From positions 61,300 through 125,299 of the forward strand of contig JAHBUH010000005.1 of the NCBI GenBank assembly GCA_019638185.1: a DNA stretch of 64,000 nt, given 5' to 3'. The notes under the pieces are model-generated. The model searched no databases and had not been told where the DNA came from. It saw nothing but the letters and a program-made list of their open reading frames with translations. This DNA is from Leadbetterella sp. (lineage in GTDB: Bacteria > Bacteroidota > Bacteroidia > Cytophagales > Spirosomataceae). Positions 35,553-45,569 of this stretch are shown piece by piece. The position numbers and the translations under genes are program-made. Numbering within the stretch: position 1 is the first letter of the stretch; every line of letters starts with the position of its first letter.

Positions 35553-38500
35553 CTAATTCAGTAAAAGTACTTTAGTAGTGAGTACGGCGTTTCCGGAATG
35601 TACCGTGAGAATGTACGTATCCTGTATGAAATTCGTGATTTTGATGTCTTCCTCGTAATCTTTCTGACCGGTGAATTTTTCTTCATACATGAGCATGGCA
35701 TTGGAGGAACGGACCAGTCGCACGTGGATATCCTGGGATTTGGAGAGTTTGACTTTTAGGGTAAACTTACCAAAGTTAGGGTTGGGAGCCACTGCTATAG
35801 ACTGGAGAATGTCATACTCCTGGAAGTAGAGGGAGTCATTGGTACTGCCGATATCTTCTTTCGTGAAGATCTTAATCTCTCTTACCTTGCGGTTTTCACA
35901 GTCGCCTTTAATAGCCAGCATTTCAATGGTGTAAACACCGGGCTGGTCAATACGGAAAGTCATATCGGTATTGGAGTGCTGAATAGACCGGGCTTCGCCG
36001 GGCAGCTTCCATAGGATCTGGTCAGGAGCGGGCCTTGAAATGTCAAGGGCATACACCGTGTCGGCCACAAATGCCTCCACGGTCATCAGGAAGTCAGCTT
36101 CCATGAGGTTGCTGTTGTGTTTTAACGTATAGCTGCCGCTGATACTGCATCCTGTAGCATTCGATACGGTCAGGCCGTAGGTGCCGGCTTCCTTCACAGT
36201 GATGGTGTGGCGGATGCTTTCTATGGGCTGGCCGTTAAAAGTCCATACTACGTTTTTATCCGGGTTCCCGGACTCCAGCATCACTTCCTGCCCCCGGCAG
36301 AATTCGTTTTGCGTGGGAAAGTGTATAGGATTCAGCGGCTCGGCTTCGCTTATGTGTGTGGGTAGGGTCAGCCGGCATCCGTTAGCATCCTTCACCCGTA
36401 TTTCATAGGCTCCGGCCGGGAGGCTGCTGAAAGCGTAAGAGCCGTTGGTAAATTGAGCCAAAGTACTATCAGCCAGATACACCCCATACCCGCCCACGCC
36501 GCCGCTCACTTCTAAAGAAATGGCGGCATTGGCATCGCCCGCACACACCGGCGAAACCGTAGACAGCTCTGCTGCCAGTGCCTTGGGCCACAGTAGCTTT
36601 ACCAGGGAGACCGTGTCTTCACAGCCCCGCCGGTCTGTCACCTTAAAGCTGTACTCGCCCTGGCTGAGGCCGGTAAAAAGCCCGTTCTTCTGGTCAAAGA
36701 TATTGTCGCGGTAGTAGGTATTTCCACCGTTTCCGCCGGTGCTGATCACGTTTATTTTTCCGTTGGCTTCGCCGGCGCAGAGGGGATCGGCTTTGGAAGT
36801 CAGGCTCAGCACCAGGAGTTCGGGCTGGGTGAGGGTCAGGCTGGCCTTGTGGGTACATTGGTGCTGGTCAGTGATATAAAAGGTGTAATCACCGGCGGCC
36901 AGCTGGTCAAATACCGGGCTGCCGAAAAACGAGACGCTGTCTTTGGAAAAGCTGTAGGCCGGCGTGCCGCCCCAGGCTTCCACGGTTACCACCCCGTTTT
37001 TCTCCCCGTAGCACCGCACCGTATCGGTATACATGGGCCGCAGCTCCAGCTTCTCCGGCTGGATCAGCCGGATAGATTTAGATACCAGGCAGGCGTGGTC
37101 ATCTTTTACGGTCAGTTCGTATCCGCCGGCTTTCAGTTTGCCGAAATGCGTGTCTGCCTGGTAATCTGCCTTGTTTAAGGTATAGGTATACGGCGTCACG
37201 CCGCCCCAGGCCTGCACATCCAGCTCGCCGGTGTTATCGTCAAAACAGAGGTTATCTTTTTTGGTGACGGTGCTTTCCAGCAGCGGGGGCTGGGTAAGGG
37301 TAACGCGGATGCTGTCCTGGCAGCCCAGGCGGTTCATGGCCCGCATCATGTACTGGCCGGCGGTCAGGCTACTGAAGGTATTACTGCTACCAAAGCCGCC
37401 GTTATTAATGGCGTACGTAAACGGGGCCATGTTATTATTGCCGGCCACGCTGATGCTTCCGGATGCATTTCCGAAACAATCAATGTTTTGGGTGTGGGTT
37501 ATCTGTATGTCCGCCCGGTTTTGTTCTTTGATCTCCACACTCAGCACCGTGATGCAGCTCTGAGGCTGATCTTTGATAAATACGGCATATACGTTAGGTG
37601 AAAGATTACTGAACGAACGTCTGGGACCGTACGCACTGCCGCTGAGTGAGAGCTGGTAGTTGCCGTTTCCGCCGGTAATGGGATTTACCTCCAGGTTAGC
37701 ATCGGCTACATTACAGGAGATGGGGTGAATGGTGTGGCCCGCTTTCAGGCTGCCCGGTAGCGAAAGGTCTACCTCCTTTTTGTAGGAACACAAACTATCA
37801 CTCACCGTCACGATGTAACTGCCGTTATACAGGCTGCCGAAGTCGGGGGTGTTTTGCACCCCTTGCAGGGTAGAAATACTGTAACTGTAAGGTTGGCGCC
37901 CGCCCTGTGTGTTCATAATGCTAATGCTGCCATTGTTCTGGTCACAGGCTGTGGGCAGGTTTTTGCTGATATGGAAGGTGATGTTCGTACTTTTGGGAAT
38001 GATGGTGACCGTATAATCTTCCTGACAGCCCCGTACATCCGTAGCCGTCACCCTGTAATCTCCGGCCTTCAGGTTTATGAAATGCCCTGTAGTATTAGAA
38101 ATGTCTGCGATAGGATTAAACTGAAAGTCTTTGCCCCACAGCCGGTAACTGAAACCCCCGTTAGAGCCGTCTGCCTGCACCAGGGCCTCGCCCCGGCTGT
38201 ATTCCAGGCAGTTTACATCCTCCTTCTTCAGCATGCTGATCCGGATGGGAGTGGGCTCAGTAAGGGTAAGGCTGCCCAGCGTAAACGCACAGGCATTCCC
38301 ATCCCTGACCTGCAGGGTATAGCCTCCGGCCGCCAGGCCGGTAAATACCGCTGAGCTCTGGTAGGGTGAGCCGCTCAGGCTGTACTGATACGGAAGCGTT
38401 CCTCCCGAAGCCGCAAACTCTAACCTTCCCGAAAGGTCACTGTTACACACCAGGTTACTGCTGCCGGCCAAGGCCGCGTTTAAAGCCGCTGCGGGTTGGA

Positions 38501-40727
38501 GCAGAGTGGTAGATACCGCTGCCGTACAGCCGTGGGTATCCTGCACGGTAAAGCTTTTGGATCCTGCATTCAGACTGCTAAAGGAGGCGGAAGCCTGCAG
38601 CGATCCGCCACCCAACTGGTATTGATAAGCCGGAGTGCCCCCACTGGCCAGCAGGGTGATTGAACCCGTGCTTTCGCCATAGCATTTAATATTCACCGAA
38701 GCATCTACCACCAGCTGGAGCAGAGGCGGCTGGGTGAGGGTTACGATATTGGATTCCGCCCCGCAGCCGTTGGCATCTTTTACCCGGATCTTGAAATTAC
38801 CCATGCTCAGGGTATCCAGGGTAATGCCTGCGGCAGCGGCTGTATAGTTTAGGGCGTTAGTAGAATAGCTGTATCCGCCTACTCCGCCGGTAGTGTTTAC
38901 GGCCACACTGCCGGTACTGCCCCCGTAACACAGCACGTGATGGTTTACAGCGGCCGTTACCCCCAGCGGGGAAGGCTGGCTGACCGTAATACCGGGTAAG
39001 GTAATCTGGCACAGGTCATCCTTTACCGTAACCGTATATACCCCGCTGGAAAGCCCGGTAAACGAAGCGGAGCTTTGAAATGCTGCGCTGCCCAAAGCAT
39101 ACTGCAAACCCCCTGCCGGGGCCGAAGCGGAGGCATCTACGGTGATGGTGCCGGTGGGGTCCCCGTGGCAAAGTACAGCAGATACCTGTGTAACGGCCAG
39201 TAAACGGCTCTGCGGATGAAGGGTGAGCTCCACACTTTTTTTACAACCCGCCGCATCGCGGATGTAGAACGTTTTGGTACCGGCACTCAGCCCGTTAAAG
39301 ACCGCCTGGTTACCGTAAGTTACATCATCGGCGGAATACTGATAAAAACCCGCTCCGCCGGATGCGCTGAGGGTTACACGGGCATCGGCTCCGTCTAAAC
39401 AGCTCAGCTGCTGAGTAATGCTACCGGATACATTCATCACCGGGTTTTCGCCTACACTGATGGTCTTTTGAGCGCTGCAGCCCGAGGCATCCCGCACATA
39501 AATGGTGTAGTTACCGGCACTCAGGCCACCGAGAGTGGTATTGGAGCTGAAAGATATATTATCAGTGGAATATTGAAGCGGAGCCTGGCCACCGGTAACA
39601 TTCAGCGTAATGCTTCCGTTGCTGCCGCCGCTGCAGCCCACGTTGGTCATCGTCTCATTGATGACCATGTCCTGGGCCACGTAGAAGTTCTGCCGCACCA
39701 CCCTGATGCCGTCAATAATGGCCTGCACCCACTGGTTCCCGGAGGCACCGGGTGTCCAGGTAACCCCCGTGGTATACGGCAGCAGGCCGCCGTTAGAAAG
39801 GCTGCCGCTGCTGGCGGAATAGATGACGGTCCGGTTAATACTTTTGCGTTCCACCCCGTCAATAAACAGCTTAAAAGTGCCCTCGTTAAACGTAAAAAGA
39901 AATTTACTGCTGCTGAAATCCCCCGTCAGGTTCTGGGTATCTTCACTTCCGTCATAGTTAAACTGCTTAATGAGGATAGAAGAATTACTGAGGAACTGAA
40001 CGGATAGTGGCCCTACAAAAAACTCATTCTTATCCGACTGGCCGTTATGGGTGTATTCCAGTGAAAGGGGCGTTTGGCCTGACCAGCTGGCATAGGAAAA
40101 CAGATCTGCGGCGCCGTTAGCGGCGATGCTCCCGTTGGCATTGACGGTCATGGTGGTGGAGGTGATCCCCAGCTTATCTATATCAAATGTGCCTGAAGTG
40201 ATGGGGCTGCCGTTAATTTTGTAAACCCCCGTGGTATAATTGCTGCTGGTAGAGGCCACCATCAGGCCGATACGGTGCAGTGCATGGGAGTTAATATTGA
40301 CCGGCTCGCATTTACCTACATTAAGGTAGGAGCTGAGGCGGCTGTAAGGCAGGGTTTCGTCGTGGGAGCCGATACCGTTACCCGGATAGGAGGCGCCGCC
40401 CGGAACCTCCACATACACGTAGTCGTCGGTTACAGTCACCGGCGGGGTGGTGTTGCCACAGGCATCTTTCACCGTGAGAACATCGCCCACTTTGAGGTAT
40501 CCGAACGGGAACCGGAACTGGCAGATACCCCCGCCGCAATACCCGTAATGGAAGTCGGTATGCTCTGCTCCATTAATATACATTTTCAGCCCGCTGCCGT
40601 AACAGAGCGCGTTTACATTATAAACCGTAAACGAAGTGGAGGTATACCGCTGCTGGTAGAGGTGTAACTGCTGTGCGGCGGAATTGAAAGAAAGAAACAG
40701 TAAAAAAAGAGGTAGAAGTTTTTTCAT
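35553..40727 (-). CDS. T9SS type-A CTD cargo protein with many SprB repeats
   Basis: 1724 aa, signal peptide, about 20 repeats C..G..G.I...A.GG..PY.YS...F..L.AG.Y...V.D...C, PKD-like segment, C-terminal IAVAPNPNFGKF...YILTV...TTKVLLLN. Confidence 0.9.
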   Translation of the reverse strand: MKKLLPLFLLFLSFNSAAQQLHLYQQRYTSTSFTVYNVNALCYGSGLKMYINGAEHTDFHYGYCGGGICQFRFPFGYLKVGDVLTVKDACGNTTPPVTVTDDYVYVEVPGGASYPGNGIGSHDETLPYSRLSSYLNVGKCEPVNINSHALHRIGLMVASTSSNYTTGVYKINGSPITSGTFDIDKLGITSTTMTVNANGSIAANGAADLFSYASWSGQTPLSLEYTHNGQSDKNEFFVGPLSVQFLSNSSILIKQFNYDGSEDTQNLTGDFSSSKFLFTFNEGTFKLFIDGVERKSINRTVIYSASSGSLSNGGLLPYTTGVTWTPGASGNQWVQAIIDGIRVVRQNFYVAQDMVINETMTNVGCSGGSNGSITLNVTGGQAPLQYSTDNISFSSNTTLGGLSAGNYTIYVRDASGCSAQKTISVGENPVMNVSGSITQQLSCLDGADARVTLSASGGAGFYQYSADDVTYGNQAVFNGLSAGTKTFYIRDAAGCKKSVELTLHPQSRLLAVTQVSAVLCHGDPTGTITVDASASAPAGGLQYALGSAAFQSSASFTGLSSGVYTVTVKDDLCQITLPGITVSQPSPLGVTAAVNHHVLCYGGSTGSVAVNTTGGVGGYSYSTNALNYTAAAAGITLDTLSMGNFKIRVKDANGCGAESNIVTLTQPPLLQLVVDASVNIKCYGESTGSITLLASGGTPAYQYQLGGGSLQASASFSSLNAGSKSFTVQDTHGCTAAVSTTLLQPAAALNAALAGSSNLVCNSDLSGRLEFAASGGTLPYQYSLSGSPYQSSAVFTGLAAGGYTLQVRDGNACAFTLGSLTLTEPTPIRISMLKKEDVNCLEYSRGEALVQADGSNGGFSYRLWGKDFQFNPIADISNTTGHFINLKAGDYRVTATDVRGCQEDYTVTIIPKSTNITFHISKNLPTACDQNNGSISIMNTQGGRQPYSYSISTLQGVQNTPDFGSLYNGSYIVTVSDSLCSYKKEVDLSLPGSLKAGHTIHPISCNVADANLEVNPITGGNGNYQLSLSGSAYGPRRSFSNLSPNVYAVFIKDQPQSCITVLSVEIKEQNRADIQITHTQNIDCFGNASGSISVAGNNNMAPFTYAINNGGFGSSNTFSSLTAGQYMMRAMNRLGCQDSIRVTLTQPPLLESTVTKKDNLCFDDNTGELDVQAWGGVTPYTYTLNKADYQADTHFGKLKAGGYELTVKDDHACLVSKSIRLIQPEKLELRPMYTDTVRCYGEKNGVVTVEAWGGTPAYSFSKDSVSFFGSPVFDQLAAGDYTFYITDQHQCTHKASLTLTQPELLVLSLTSKADPLCAGEANGKINVISTGGNGGNTYYRDNIFDQKNGLFTGLSQGEYSFKVTDRRGCEDTVSLVKLLWPKALAAELSTVSPVCAGDANAAISLEVSGGVGGYGVYLADSTLAQFTNGSYAFSSLPAGAYEIRVKDANGCRLTLPTHISEAEPLNPIHFPTQNEFCRGQEVMLESGNPDKNVVWTFNGQPIESIRHTITVKEAGTYGLTVSNATGCSISGSYTLKHNSNLMEADFLMTVEAFVADTVYALDISRPAPDQILWKLPGEARSIQHSNTDMTFRIDQPGVYTIEMLAIKGDCENRKVREIKIFTKEDIGSTNDSLYFQEYDILQSIAVAPNPNFGKFTLKVKLSKSQDIHVRLVRSSNAMLMYEEKFTGQKDYEEDIKITNFIQDTYILTVHSGNAVLTTKVLLLN

Positions 40728-40732
40728 GTGTT

Positions 40733-41920
40733 TTAAGGGATAATCAGGGAGTCATCAGTCTGAAAGGAATATTCCAATCCTTTATCGGGGTCGGAAAGGC
40801 GGAAGGATATGCGGTAGGTTCCTTTGGGTAAATCAGCCGGCAGGGTAATGCCCAGCGTTTCTGTGGCCGCATAATAGATGCCGTTAAAAATGTAAGATTT
40901 TGAACCCGGGGAGAGGGTTACCTGGTAAAAGCGGTAAGGCTGTGCCCTGAAGTTAAAGGTGGTAAAAAGCAGGGTGCCTTTCTGGTCATACTTCTGCATG
41001 CGGGCAAAAGGAAGTTCCCCGGAAAAAGCCGTAAACGTTTTATCTTTTTCCCGGCTTACCTTTCTGTCGGTAAGATTCACCACCTGCACGGTATACCGGC
41101 CGGCCGTAAAATCCTTGGCCACATAATATTCTAAAGTATCCTTATGAAGGGCAGCGGGCAGTACCGTCAGGGAGTCAACTCCTCTTTTCAGGCGAATGGC
41201 GTACCGGAACACGGCCGGGTTTAAGTAGGCGGCCACTATCTTTAAGGTATCGGGCGGAAAAAGGTTCTCCCGATTCAGAATTTTAACCCGGGGAGCCGGC
41301 TGGGTGAAGCGCAGAGGCTGCCTATAGCCTGCCTCCAGGCTCTTTACTTTGACTTTCAGGGTATATTCTCCGGGTGGGGTTTCCAGCGGGATGCGCACCC
41401 GCAGCGTACTGTCGCTGACATAGCTGAAAGGGAGGGTCAGGGAGGTGGTTCCCTGTTCGGCCGTAACCCGTATATCCAGCGGAAAATCACCGAAATACCT
41501 CCCCTGAACGTGAAAATCAAAGCCCGCTTCCACGCTGTCGGCCGAAACGGATGACACCACGGGCCGGGGTTGGTCTTCGGTAGAAATACTGACGGTGTAA
41601 ATGACCTTGGTGCCGTTTGGCGATACCACCGTGTAATAAACCGTGCGGGTGAAGTCCTGGGGCACGGCAGAGGCCGGGATAATTTCACCGGTGCCGGATA
41701 ATCGGATCAGCGGTTTTAAAGAACGCAGGGGAGTTTGGTAGGGCAGTACCAGCTGAATGGTTCTTTTATCGGGGTCAATCACGGCATGGGCCGACTCATA
41801 GCCCTCGAGTTTAAACTCCGCAATAAGAGGGCTTTCGGAATCGTGGTCTACCGCATCTGTACAGGAAAACATCATTCCTGACAGGAAAATAAGCCACAGG
41901 GCAGTGCGTTTTGCTATCAT
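40733..41920 (-). CDS. Lipoprotein with DUF5018-like and IPT/TIG-like domains
   Basis: Lipobox MFSC then acidic TDAVDHD; PASAVPQDFTRTVYYTVVSPNG; later VQGRYFG Ig-like segments. Confidence 0.72.
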   Translation of the reverse strand: MIAKRTALWLIFLSGMMFSCTDAVDHDSESPLIAEFKLEGYESAHAVIDPDKRTIQLVLPYQTPLRSLKPLIRLSGTGEIIPASAVPQDFTRTVYYTVVSPNGTKVIYTVSISTEDQPRPVVSSVSADSVEAGFDFHVQGRYFGDFPLDIRVTAEQGTTSLTLPFSYVSDSTLRVRIPLETPPGEYTLKVKVKSLEAGYRQPLRFTQPAPRVKILNRENLFPPDTLKIVAAYLNPAVFRYAIRLKRGVDSLTVLPAALHKDTLEYYVAKDFTAGRYTVQVVNLTDRKVSREKDKTFTAFSGELPFARMQKYDQKGTLLFTTFNFRAQPYRFYQVTLSPGSKSYIFNGIYYAATETLGITLPADLPKGTYRISFRLSDPDKGLEYSFQTDDSLIIP

Positions 41921-41978
41921 AGTGGTTGCCTGGGTGAAAGGGTTCTAGTGTATGAGTGAAAAAGTGGAGGAAAGGTAT

Positions 41979-42030
41979 AAAAAAATATTGTACAACTAAA
42001 ACTTTAATCTAAAATTTTAATTGTACAATA
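41979..42030 (-). terminator. AT-rich terminator after acs (or operator, see findings)
   Basis: TATTGTACAA (41986-41995) and TTGTACAATA (42021-42030) inverted repeat; stem extends to about 20 bp with G-U pairs; followed by U7 on the minus strand. Confidence 0.6.
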
Positions 42031-42051
42031 AATACAGGGTAAAATCAAACG

Positions 42052-43947
42052 TTACAATTTCTTCGCCCCTTCAGCGATCTCATCCACCACGCCCGGATCC
42101 AGCAGGGTGGAGGTGTCGCCCAGGCTGTTGTATTCGCCTTCGGCTATTTTCCGGAGGATACGGCGCATGATCTTACCCGACCGCGTTTTGGGCAGGCCGG
42201 AAACAAACTGGATTTTGTCCGGTTTGGCAATGGGCCCGATGATCCGGGAAACGGTCATCAGGATATCCCGCTTCATCATGGAGTCTTCGTCCTGGGGATC
42301 CTCACAGATCACAAAAGCGTGCACGCCCTGTCCTTTCACCTCGTGCGGGTAGCCCACCACGGCGGATTCCACTACGCCCGTGTGGCTGTTAATGGCATTT
42401 TCCACTTCTGCCGTGCCTATCCGGTGCCCGGATACGTTCAGTACGTCATCTACGCGGCCGGTGATCCGGTAATAGCCGTCTTTGTCACGCAGGCAGCCAT
42501 CGCCGGTAAAATATTTCCCGGGGTAAGTAGAGAAGTAGGTGCTTTTGCAGCGTTCGTGGTCGCCCCAGGTGGTACGGATGATGGAAGGCCAGGGATAGGT
42601 GATGCACAGGTTTCCGTTTACGCCGTTTCCTTCTATGGTGAGGCCGTTCTCATCCACCAGCTCCAGTTGAACCCCCGGCAGGGGCAGGGTGGCAAAAGAG
42701 GGTTTGGTTTTCGTGATTCCCGCCAGAGGGGATATCATGATGCCACCGGTTTCCGTCTGCCACCAGGTGTCTACTATGGGGCATTTGCCTTTTCCGATGT
42801 TATCGTTATACCAGTGCCAGGCCTCTTCGTTAATGGGTTCTCCCACCGAGCCCAGTACCCGCAGTGAGCTCAGGTCTTTGCCTTCCAGGTATTCCAGGCC
42901 AAAGCCCATGAGTGAGCGGATGGCCGTAGGGGCCGTATAAAGAATGTTTACGCGGTGCCGGTCTACGATGTCCCAGAGCCGCCCGGCGTCAGGGTAGGTG
43001 GGAACGCCCTCAAACATAACGGTAATGGCGCCGGCCAGCAGGGGGCCGTAAACCAGGTAAGAGTGACCGGTGATCCAGCCCACGTCTGCCGTACAGAAGA
43101 AAACATCGCCGGGGTTATATTGGAATACGTTCTCAAAGGTGTAGGAAGTGTACACCATGTAGCCGCCGCAGGTATGCACCACGCCCTTGGGCTTACCGGT
43201 AGAACCGGAAGTATAAAGAATGAACAGGGGATCTTCAGAATCCATTTCTTCTGCCGGGCATTCCAGCTCCACGTGCTTCACCTCGGATTCCCACCAGTAG
43301 TCCCGGCCCTTGATCATGGAGATAGGCGTGCGGGTATGGGTGGCTACGATGACCTTCTTCACGGACGGACAGCCGATCAGTGCATCATCCACGGTTTCTT
43401 TCATGGGGATATGCTTGGAGCCCCTCACGGAGCCGTCAGTGGTGACCACCAGCTCGCACTGGGAGTCATTTATCCGGTCAGAAATAGACTGGGAGGAAAA
43501 TCCACCGAAGATCACCGAGTGGATGGCACCAATACGGGCGCAGGCCAGCACGGCCACGGCCAGCTCGGGGATCATGGGCATGTAGATACACACCCGGTCA
43601 CCCTTCTTCACCCCGTGTTTTTTGAGCACGTTGGCAAAACGGCACACGCGATCCAGCAGCACCCGGTAGGTGATCACTTCAGGCTCATCTTCGGGGTCAT
43701 TAGGCTCCCAGATGATGGCCGGGTGGTTCGGTTTGGCTTCTGCGTGGCGGTCCAGGCAGTTTTCGGTGATATTGAGCTTTCCGTTCCGGAACCATCTTAC
43801 GCTGTAGTCGTCAAAACTCCAGTCCAGCACTTTGGTCCAGGGTTTTTTCCAGGTAAATTCCTGGGCTATGGCGGCCCAGAACGTTTTGGGGTCTTCTATA
43901 CTGTCTTTATAGGCCTCGTGGTAGTCGTCAATCGTTCTTATTCTCAT
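42052..43947 (-). CDS. acs: Acetate--CoA ligase
   Basis: YTSGSTGKPKG, DTWWQTETGG, GRVDDVLNVSGHR, PKTRSGKIMRR. Confidence 0.97.
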   Translation of the reverse strand: MRIRTIDDYHEAYKDSIEDPKTFWAAIAQEFTWKKPWTKVLDWSFDDYSVRWFRNGKLNITENCLDRHAEAKPNHPAIIWEPNDPEDEPEVITYRVLLDRVCRFANVLKKHGVKKGDRVCIYMPMIPELAVAVLACARIGAIHSVIFGGFSSQSISDRINDSQCELVVTTDGSVRGSKHIPMKETVDDALIGCPSVKKVIVATHTRTPISMIKGRDYWWESEVKHVELECPAEEMDSEDPLFILYTSGSTGKPKGVVHTCGGYMVYTSYTFENVFQYNPGDVFFCTADVGWITGHSYLVYGPLLAGAITVMFEGVPTYPDAGRLWDIVDRHRVNILYTAPTAIRSLMGFGLEYLEGKDLSSLRVLGSVGEPINEEAWHWYNDNIGKGKCPIVDTWWQTETGGIMISPLAGITKTKPSFATLPLPGVQLELVDENGLTIEGNGVNGNLCITYPWPSIIRTTWGDHERCKSTYFSTYPGKYFTGDGCLRDKDGYYRITGRVDDVLNVSGHRIGTAEVENAINSHTGVVESAVVGYPHEVKGQGVHAFVICEDPQDEDSMMKRDILMTVSRIIGPIAKPDKIQFVSGLPKTRSGKIMRRILRKIAEGEYNSLGDTSTLLDPGVVDEIAEGAKKL

Positions 43948-44001
43948 TGTTTTACTTAAGGTTGGTCATGTAAGGCAAATCTAGGGATATATCCCGTGGG
44001 A

Positions 44002-44934
44002 TCACAGAAATTTATCTACTTCTTTATAGGCATTGATCAGGGCTTTTTCTCCTTCCGCTCCCTTACCGAAGTTACCGTGCTCCATGCCGAAGATGAACGA
44101 GCGGCCCGATTCTTTGGCCTTCTGATAGATATGTTTGAATACGTTTTTGTAGTTGATCTCACCCGTGGTAGGTTCTTTCCGGCCGGGTTCATCCCCGATC
44201 TGGAAATAGGCTATCTCGTCCCAGGCCCAGTTGATGTGCTGGATGAGCCGGCCCTCGTTTTTCTGCATGTGATAGATGTCAAAAAGAATCTTGCAGGTGG
44301 AGCTGCCTACGGCTTTGCAGATCATATAGCTCTGGTCAGAGTGCCGCAGGAAGAGGTCAGGATTATCACTCAGGGGCTCCATCACCATTACCAGCCCGTG
44401 GGGTTCAAAGATCTCCGCCGCTCTTTTGTAGGTTTCGATCACATTCCCGGTCTGTATGCCCAGGGGCAGTTCCCGGGCAAAATACCCGGGCACCACGGTC
44501 ATGTATTTCCCGTTCACCCGCTTCGCCACCTCCACCGCTTCTTTGCAGCGCTTCAGGAACGCGTCGTTAAATTCTTTTTTCCCGGTGGTGAGCGAGGTCT
44601 TCCAGTTATCACCGGCATCAATCACAAACACGCCCATGTCCATGTTCAGCTTAGCCAGGCGTTCGCCGATCTTCTTCTGGATATCCGGCGTACGGTCCAT
44701 CATGCCGTTATCTTCAAAAGAACGGAAACCGTTAGCCGCCATGAAGTCCAGCTGGGCCAGCAGGTCGGCCCCGGCAGATTCCTTAAACATCCCGAAATGC
44801 GGGGCGTAGCTCAGGTTAAAGTTATATTTTTCAGTGGCCCCGTCCGCAGCCAATGAAGTAAGGGGAATTCCGCCGATACCTAGTAATGAGGCAGATGTAA
44901 AAGTACTTTTGAGAAATGAACGCCTGGAATCCAT
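44002..44934 (-). CDS. Tat-exported hydroxypyruvate-isomerase-family TIM barrel
   Basis: Likely start MDSRRSFLK at 44934; FDIYHMQ, QIGDEPGRKEPTTGEINY, GMEH motifs. Confidence 0.85.
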   Translation of the reverse strand: MDSRRSFLKSTFTSASLLGIGGIPLTSLAADGATEKYNFNLSYAPHFGMFKESAGADLLAQLDFMAANGFRSFEDNGMMDRTPDIQKKIGERLAKLNMDMGVFVIDAGDNWKTSLTTGKKEFNDAFLKRCKEAVEVAKRVNGKYMTVVPGYFARELPLGIQTGNVIETYKRAAEIFEPHGLVMVMEPLSDNPDLFLRHSDQSYMICKAVGSSTCKILFDIYHMQKNEGRLIQHINWAWDEIAYFQIGDEPGRKEPTTGEINYKNVFKHIYQKAKESGRSFIFGMEHGNFGKGAEGEKALINAYKEVDKFL

Positions 44935-45089
44935 ATTTGATCGTTTTGGGTTTCTTGATATCAATGTGAAGTAAGAAAAAAATATTGAAAATTTTAATTT
45001 TAATCTTGTTTTAGTTCTATCTTTGTGCCACTATTTAACCTTAAATGCCATCATGAAGAGTCTCCCGGAAATGATTTCGGGAGGCTTTT

Positions 45090-45455
45090 TCATTTTACAG
45101 CGATAATGGATATTTCCACGTTCACATCCCGCGGTAAGCGCGCCACCTGTACGGTCTCCCGGGCCGGCGGGTTTTCTGTAAAGAAGGTCCCATACACTTC
45201 ATTCAGGGTAGCAAAGTCATCCATATTTTTCAGGAAGATGCTGGATTTCACCACGTGAGAGTAGTCCATTCCGGCTTCGGCCAGGATATGCCCTATGTTT
45301 TCCAGGATCTTCCGGGTTTCTGCGGGGATATCATTCAGCGGCGCCAGGTCCAGGGCGATCTGCCCCGAGATGTACAGGGTGTTTCCGGCCAGTATGGCCT
45401 GGGAGTAAGGCCCGATGGCTGCGGGCGCTTTTTCGGTATAAATTACTTTTTTCAT
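45090..45455 (-). CDS. RidA/YjgF family enamine deaminase
   Basis: APAAIGPYSQA, ISGQI, PARETVQVARLP, VEI. Confidence 0.93.
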   Translation of the reverse strand: MKKVIYTEKAPAAIGPYSQAILAGNTLYISGQIALDLAPLNDIPAETRKILENIGHILAEAGMDYSHVVKSSIFLKNMDDFATLNEVYGTFFTENPPARETVQVARLPRDVNVEISIIAVK

Positions 45456-45569
45456 TATGTTTATGATTGATAACTGTAAAAATAATAGTCTTTGCCGGGG
45501 AATTGTCCCGAATCCGATAATTTAATTGATGAATAGTGCCTAACTTTGTTCATAAAAATCAATAATAAT

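Noticed and set aside
42955-43959. 334-aa plus-strand ORF, and similar long ORFs at 43996-44856 and 49909-50892
   Set aside because: Antisense shadows of acs, the Hyi-like gene and the GT4 gene
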